Part shown: positions 58,517-64,000 of the stretch, piece by piece | How the letters are laid out: every line of letters begins with the position of its first letter | How positions within the stretch are numbered: the first letter of the stretch is position 1 | Source: Zancudomyces culisetae HAW-14-8 | Taxonomy: Eukaryota; Fungi; Kickxellomycota | Assembly (NCBI GenBank): GCA_052426225.1 | Contig: JBNJNM010000021.1 | Span: 682,001-746,000, forward strand | DNA: 64,000 nucleotides | Reading direction: 5' to 3' | Translations under genes and position numbers: made by a program | Notes under the pieces: model-generated | Seen by the model: the letters and a program-made list of their open reading frames with translations, nothing else | Database searches by the model: none | What the model was told of the DNA's origin: nothing

Positions 58517-61500
58517 ATGAGACTAAGAAGTAGGGCAAAGGATCAAAGTAATAAACAGGAAAAAATAGCTAAAAACGGATTGAAAGACTGTGGCGAAGAG
58601 AGCAAAAGTGAAAAGAAGGTAAATGGGGATAAAAATGGGACTATGAATGGGATTATGAATGGATATCCCAAAAGAAAAGGGGTGTCACGATCTCCAAGTA
58701 TCGAAATACTCGTACAGAGGGACAATTCTCAACAACTAGAAGAAGACGACAATATTAGCGACGAGCTTGGGTATGTAAACCAATCAGACAGGAAAAATGA
58801 ATTGGAAGCTACAATGGACCAGCAAGAAAACGGACACACAAATACTATTGAAGATTGCCTGACAGCACAAAAAAGTAAGAAAAATCATCATAAAAGAACA
58901 AGCAGGAACAGCAACTCTTATATTAAGAATGAGACTCAAGTTGAAGACTTCGATGCTTTGACTAGTGTAGAGATTAACGGTGGCGGATATTTGAATGAAA
59001 AGGGTAAGTTTAGAAAGAGCGCAGTAGGTATTCTCGATGTATAAACCACATAATTTGTCGATGCTTTAATAAAACAAATTAATTACAAAAATAGATGACA
59101 CAAAAAAAGGTAACACGAAAAATGCAAGAAAGGGTAGATTAGCGCTGAGAGATTCTATGAGTGTTACAAGATCGAGTAGTAGTATGGTTAACGAAGAAAC
59201 CGGGGGAAATTTGGGAGAGAGGGAGGGAGAGGGAGAGGCAACTGTTATAGATTATGATAGTGATTTTGCCGAAAGCTTGGTGCATGAGAAAAACAAAGGC
59301 AAAGTACAAGTATCAAGGACAGCGCAAAGACCTAAAAGAAAAGCGGCACAAGTAGCTATCGACAAAAATCGAAGACTTAGTGGTAGTGGTGATGAAAGTA
59401 GGGGTGAACAAAAGAGTAATGGAAGAAAGAGACTTAAAAACGAAAAGAAGAAAGACAATGATTCAGATAATGAGGACGTGGATGAGGATGAGTTTGAAGA
59501 TGTGGTTGTGGATGATGATGATGATGACTCATCATTTGTAGAAGCTTCGGACCAGGAACAGGATGATAATGAAGAGGAGGAGGAAGTAGAAGAAGAAGAA
59601 GAGGAGGAGAAGGAGACATATGTTGGAAACATAGAAATAGAGGTAGACATGGAAGGTGAGATTAAAGAAGAGAAGAAGCATGAAGATAAAGAAGAGGATG
59701 TGAACGTAGATATTCAAATATCTGCACCGGTCGAAAAAAAAGGCGTGCGTAGAGCTAGAACGAAGCAAAAGAAGCAAGATGAAGCTACAAAAAATATGAC
59801 ATCTCGGGAAAAGAGAAGATACAATACAGTAAAGCAATTGCATGAAAGCCACGAGGTATTGCGGGATATTTGGGATGTGGTCGAAAAAAAAGGCCGAATA
59901 GAGGGGGAAATGATAGCACAGCCAAAGGACATTGTAATGCAGCTTTTGCCGTTTCAATTGGAGGGACTGGATTGGATGACAAAGCAGGAGCAGTCACCAG
60001 TAAAAGGCGGAGTGTTGGCAGATGAAATGGGGATGGGAAAAACAATACAAACGGTGTCATTGCTGAGCACAACACGACAAGATGGCCAACCTACGCTAGT
60101 AATCGTTCCGACTGTGGCCCTGATTCAGTGGAAGAACGAGATACAGCTATATGCACCAAGCCTGAAAGTGGTGATGTATTATGGAACTGATCGAAACAAG
60201 AAGAGTAAAGAGCTAGAGAGCAAAGATGTAGTACTGACCACCTATGCCGTATTGGAGTCATGTTTCCGCAAACAGAATTATGGTGTGCGCAGACGGGGGA
60301 CTATGGTTAAGGAGCAGTCGATGTTACATACGATTAACTGGCATCGTGTGATTCTAGACGAGGCACACAACATTAAGGACCGTACAAGCAACACAGCCCG
60401 CGCTTCATTTGCTCTTAAAGCTACATACCGTTGGTGCCTATCTGGAACACCTTTGCAGAACCGTGTTGGAGAGCTATATTCGTTGATCCGATTTTTGCAG
60501 CTCAAGCCATTCAGCATGTATTTCTGTATCAAATGCGAATGCAAAAGTATCAAATGGAATTTTGCGTATAATGAATACCATTGCCAAGTGTGCAAACATA
60601 ATTCACACCAACACGTCTGCTTTTGGAACTTTGAGGTGCTTAAACCCATTCAAGAATATGGTGCTTCAGGTCTTGGGCTGGATGCTTTCCGCAAACTCAA
60701 TCTGATTATTGATCTAATTATGCTCCGGCGGACCAAAGTCGAGCGTGCTGCCGATCTAGGTCTTCCTCCCAAAATCGTCACTATTCGTCGTGATCGCTTT
60801 TCTCCTGAAGAGTTGGACTTTTATACTTCACTATTTTCCAACAGTCGTAGGTCATTTGATACCTATGCATCTCATGGCACAGTTCTCAACAATTATGCCA
60901 ACATCTTTGAACTGATTACTAAAATGCGGCTTGCTGTCAACCATCCAGATTTGCTAACTCACAAACTTGCTTCTTCTGGCGAATCTTCCGATCTTTTGGT
61001 TTGCTCCATATGCCACTGCGAGCCTGAGGATCCTATCGCATCCAAATGCAAACACGTATACTGCCGTGTATGTGTGTCGCAGTATCTTGAATCCTATGGA
61101 GGTTCTCAGCCTTCCTCTACTACCACCTCTACCTCCACCTCTGCTGGCACACCATCCTGCACCATGTGCTTTGCTGTGTTGACTATTGATTTGACTCAGC
61201 CACCTATCGAATATGTCCAGGCCGGACCTCTGCGTTCGCTAGAAAACAGCTTAGGCGAGGACATTATGATTACCACACCCGATACCATGGTATACAAACG
61301 CAGTATTGTTAACCGCATCAACATGGCCACCTGGCGCTCTTCAACAAAGATCGAAGCACTGGTAGAAGAACTGCAAGCGTTGCGCAGATCTGACTGTACC
61401 ATCAAATCCCTGGTCTTTTCGCAATTTGTCAATTTTCTTGACCTGGTACAATGGCGGCTCAACCGTGCCGGTTTTAGTGTTTGCCGGTTGGACGGCCACA

Positions 61501-61862
61501 TGAGTCCGTCGCAGCGTGACGCCGTCATCCGTACCTTTATGACCAAACCACAGTACACTGTATTCCTGGTTAGCTTGAAGGCTGGTGGTGTGGCGCTTAA
61601 TTTGACCGAAGCTAGTCATGTGTTTATCTGTGATCCGTGGTGGAACCCCGCCGTAGAAGACCAGGCCATGGACCGTATTCACAGACTAGGCCAGCGGCGG
61701 CCTATTCGTACAACCAAACTAATTGTGGAGAATTCGATTGAATCGCGCATTGTTGTATTGCAGGAGAAAAAGCGCGATTTGTTTATGAGTACCATTGGGA
61801 AAGATACAACTGCTCTTTCTCGGCTTTCAGAAGAAGATATGGAATATCTATTCACATCCTGA
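58517..61862 (+). CDS. RAD16: Rad16/Rhp16 SNF2-family ATPase with RING finger (global-genome NER), 2 exons
   Basis: Intron 59004-59094 joins ORFs 58517 and 59157 in frame. Motifs LLPFQLEGL, GGVLADEMGMGKTIQ, LDEAHNIK, LSGTPLQNRVGELYSL, LNNYANIF, C3HC4 RING, WRSSTKIEAL, SLKAGGVALNL, QAMDRIHRLGQ. Confidence 0.95.
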
Positions 61863-62420
61863 TTTTTTTTTTAAAAATTTTTTTAGTGGTATATTTGTAC
61901 ATTATTCTTAACTCTTGTTGGCATGGCAACCTTTTTTTTTTTGATTAATAAACCTTTCTTTTCTTTTCCTTCTTTTTCTTCTAATTCTGTTGTTATATGA
62001 TCATTTTTAAACTAAACTTAGTTTTATTACATTACCAATATGGGAACCGTTTAAATATAATCAACTAGTCTCGAATAAGGTTTGAATATTATACAAAATT
62101 CTGGTACTTATAGGACAGATTCCTCGTCCTCCTTCCTCCTCCCTCCCCCCACCTTTCTCTGCAGTATATTCAAAGATTTTGAAATTAAGCTACAGAGATT
62201 ACGTATTTAACAGTAAGGTAATGAAAACATAAAGATTCTAAAATGATGTGAAAGTCTACGCATATATGAAGAAGAAATTACCTCTCCCCTCACCTCACCA
62301 TACCTCACCTCACCTGTCCTCTTCCGCCCAAAAGCTACCCCAACCACACATAAATAGTGGAAAAATATACTTGAATAAAAATAAGTGCAGTACAGGATAT
62401 ACCAGAGACAAGAAAAATCA

Positions 62421-62442
62421 GGGAGGGGAGGGGGGAGGGGGG
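62421..62442 (+). other. Canonical G-quadruplex-forming motif G3AG4AG6AG6
   Basis: gggaggggaggggggagggggg read directly; folding in vivo is not shown. Confidence 0.6.
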
Positions 62443-62450
62443 AAGAGAGT

Positions 62451-64000
62451 TTAACATTCAGAAGATTCCTTACTATTAGTATCCACAGTTTTAGACAAAG
62501 GATCCTCGATACCACTAGTATCTACAGCAGGCTGATGTTTCAATTCCGGATTTGCTGGCGTTGAAGTAGTAGGGGTCGTGGATGCAGGTTCATCAAGAGG
62601 AGAAACGGGCGTGACTTCGGTAGTACTTGTGGGAAACAAAAGTTTAACTGCAGAAGCAGCAAGAAGGGTGTATGGATCATTCTCAACTTCAGCAATCGTC
62701 ATATCTGTAGACATTGAGCCCTCATCCCGATTAGCAGTCATAAATCTTGCGACCTGATTCTGGAAATCGATAACAGATTCTAACCACTGCCGAGTTGAAA
62801 GACCAGAATTTTTGATAGCATGGGCAACTTCTTTTATATGTCGTCTATATTTTCAAATATCATAGATTTTTTTTTTAAAAAAAAAATAACAATAATAATA
62901 GATGAAAAATAAAATCCCATTTACACCCTCCTCTCTCCCCCCCAAAAAAAAGTACTTTGTTGAAATTTAAATGTAGATAGCAAGAATAAATTACACTTAC
63001 CTGTTGGAAATGTCATGAATAAATCGATCCTGAATATGGCTTATTGGAATCCGAAAGCGTTTTTGAGGATCTAAAAACTCATAGTCAAAAGTAAGATCGT
63101 CCACCAGTTCGATATTTCCATTATTGGCAACATTTGGAGAAAAGTTCGAGAGATCGACAAAATGTTGCTTTACAAAACACCGGCTTAACGAGTTCTTACT
63201 ATCCCCATGATTAGGACATTTCCATCTGAGGTCAGGAGGTGGCATCAGACTTAACATTGGCTTCAAGCAGTCCCAATGCCAGGACAAATCACAGTAATCG
63301 CAACTTATAATTTTTCCGTGTAGTGCCGATTTTTTGCACGCATAGCAAAATATAAAACGACCATATCTATCTACAAGTGCATCTGGATTCCGTATTATGT
63401 TAACTCCTTCCTCGTCTTCCGGATATTCGTCACAATACGAATCTTTTAGCACCTCTATGCTTCTACGAATCTCTTCGGGAACAGTAAACGTCTTTGGATT
63501 TTTGCCATCTAAAGAAACGAGTAGTGGCTTTAAAAGAGACTCACTTTCTCCTACATCAACCGGCTTTACTCCAAGTCTTTTATACTGACATTCTTTACAA
63601 AACCAATAATCCAAGCTTTTCGCTCGTTCCTCATCCAATGGTGGTTCAGCGCATAAAAAGTGAAAAACTTTTGGACACGCATCGCAACATATAAACCTTC
63701 CTGACTGCTTACATGAAGTGCAAGCATCGTTGCTCTTGCCTTTATACAAGTACTTTTCAAAATCTCTTTTTGTAGGTTGTGCTTTTTGCCTATCATATAC
63801 ATAAACATTAGTTTGTTTGTTTTTTTTTCAAAATAAATACAAATAAAATCAAAACGCAACGGAATGGAACACCAGCTCGAGATTAAATATTATAATATTC
63901 AGCTATTACATTTGGCCTGACATGCGTTTTACCGACATTGGAATTGTTTTGCTGCTTGCTCCGAATTTTCGTGTCTTTGGTCTGTTTCCGGGGAATAGTG
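62451..64000 (-). CDS. Double-PHD-finger chromatin protein (Rco1/Cph1/PHF12-like, Rpd3S-type); 5' end beyond window
   Basis: NDACTSCKQSGRFICCDACPKVFHFLCAEPP..WFCKEC and FCYACKK..IISCDYCDLSWHWDCLKP..WKCPNH, with NPKTFTVPEEIR linker. Exons ~64000-63933, 63789-63001 and 62844-62451. Confidence 0.85.

Noticed and set aside
59252-59957. Antisense Ser/His/Leu-rich ORFs over RAD16, and other short antisense ORFs over long genes
   Set aside because: Shadow ORFs of the acidic GAR/GAY-rich coding strand; no independent evidence.

Overview
AT-rich, intron-containing eukaryotic DNA with GT-AG introns and TAAC/CTAA-like branch points. It is fungal: an alpha-aminoadipate-pathway LYS1, a velvet protein and a Cch1-type channel are present. 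A complete Integrator subunit 6 suggests a non-Dikarya lineage; Zoopagomycota/Harpellales-like is only my guess. I can support 18 protein-coding genes, most assembled by hand across introns: atypical Ser/Thr kinase, CRAL-TRIO protein, NatB auxiliary subunit MDM20/NAA25, LYS1, an SDR, a minimal velvet protein, CSL4, glycogen debranching enzyme, an SCI1-like protein, Mei5/Sfr1, a divergent four-domain Cch1-like channel, enoyl-CoA hydratase, INTS6, a 95-aa orphan membrane protein, an equilibrative nucleoside transporter, PHB2, RAD16, and a 5'-truncated double-PHD protein. I recognised no tRNA, rRNA, snRNA, intact mobile element or CRISPR, and no multi-gene novel system is evident. The best leads are: (1) a Cch1-like channel with a Q/C/E/E selectivity filter and eroded voltage sensors; (2) a full fungal INTS6; (3) an ECHS1-type hydratase apparently retargeted to peroxisomes; (4) convergent gene pairs with overlapping or abutting stop codons; (5) an 8-nt microexon; (6) a recurrent purine-to-pyrimidine switch at synonymous sites that does not follow gene boundaries.
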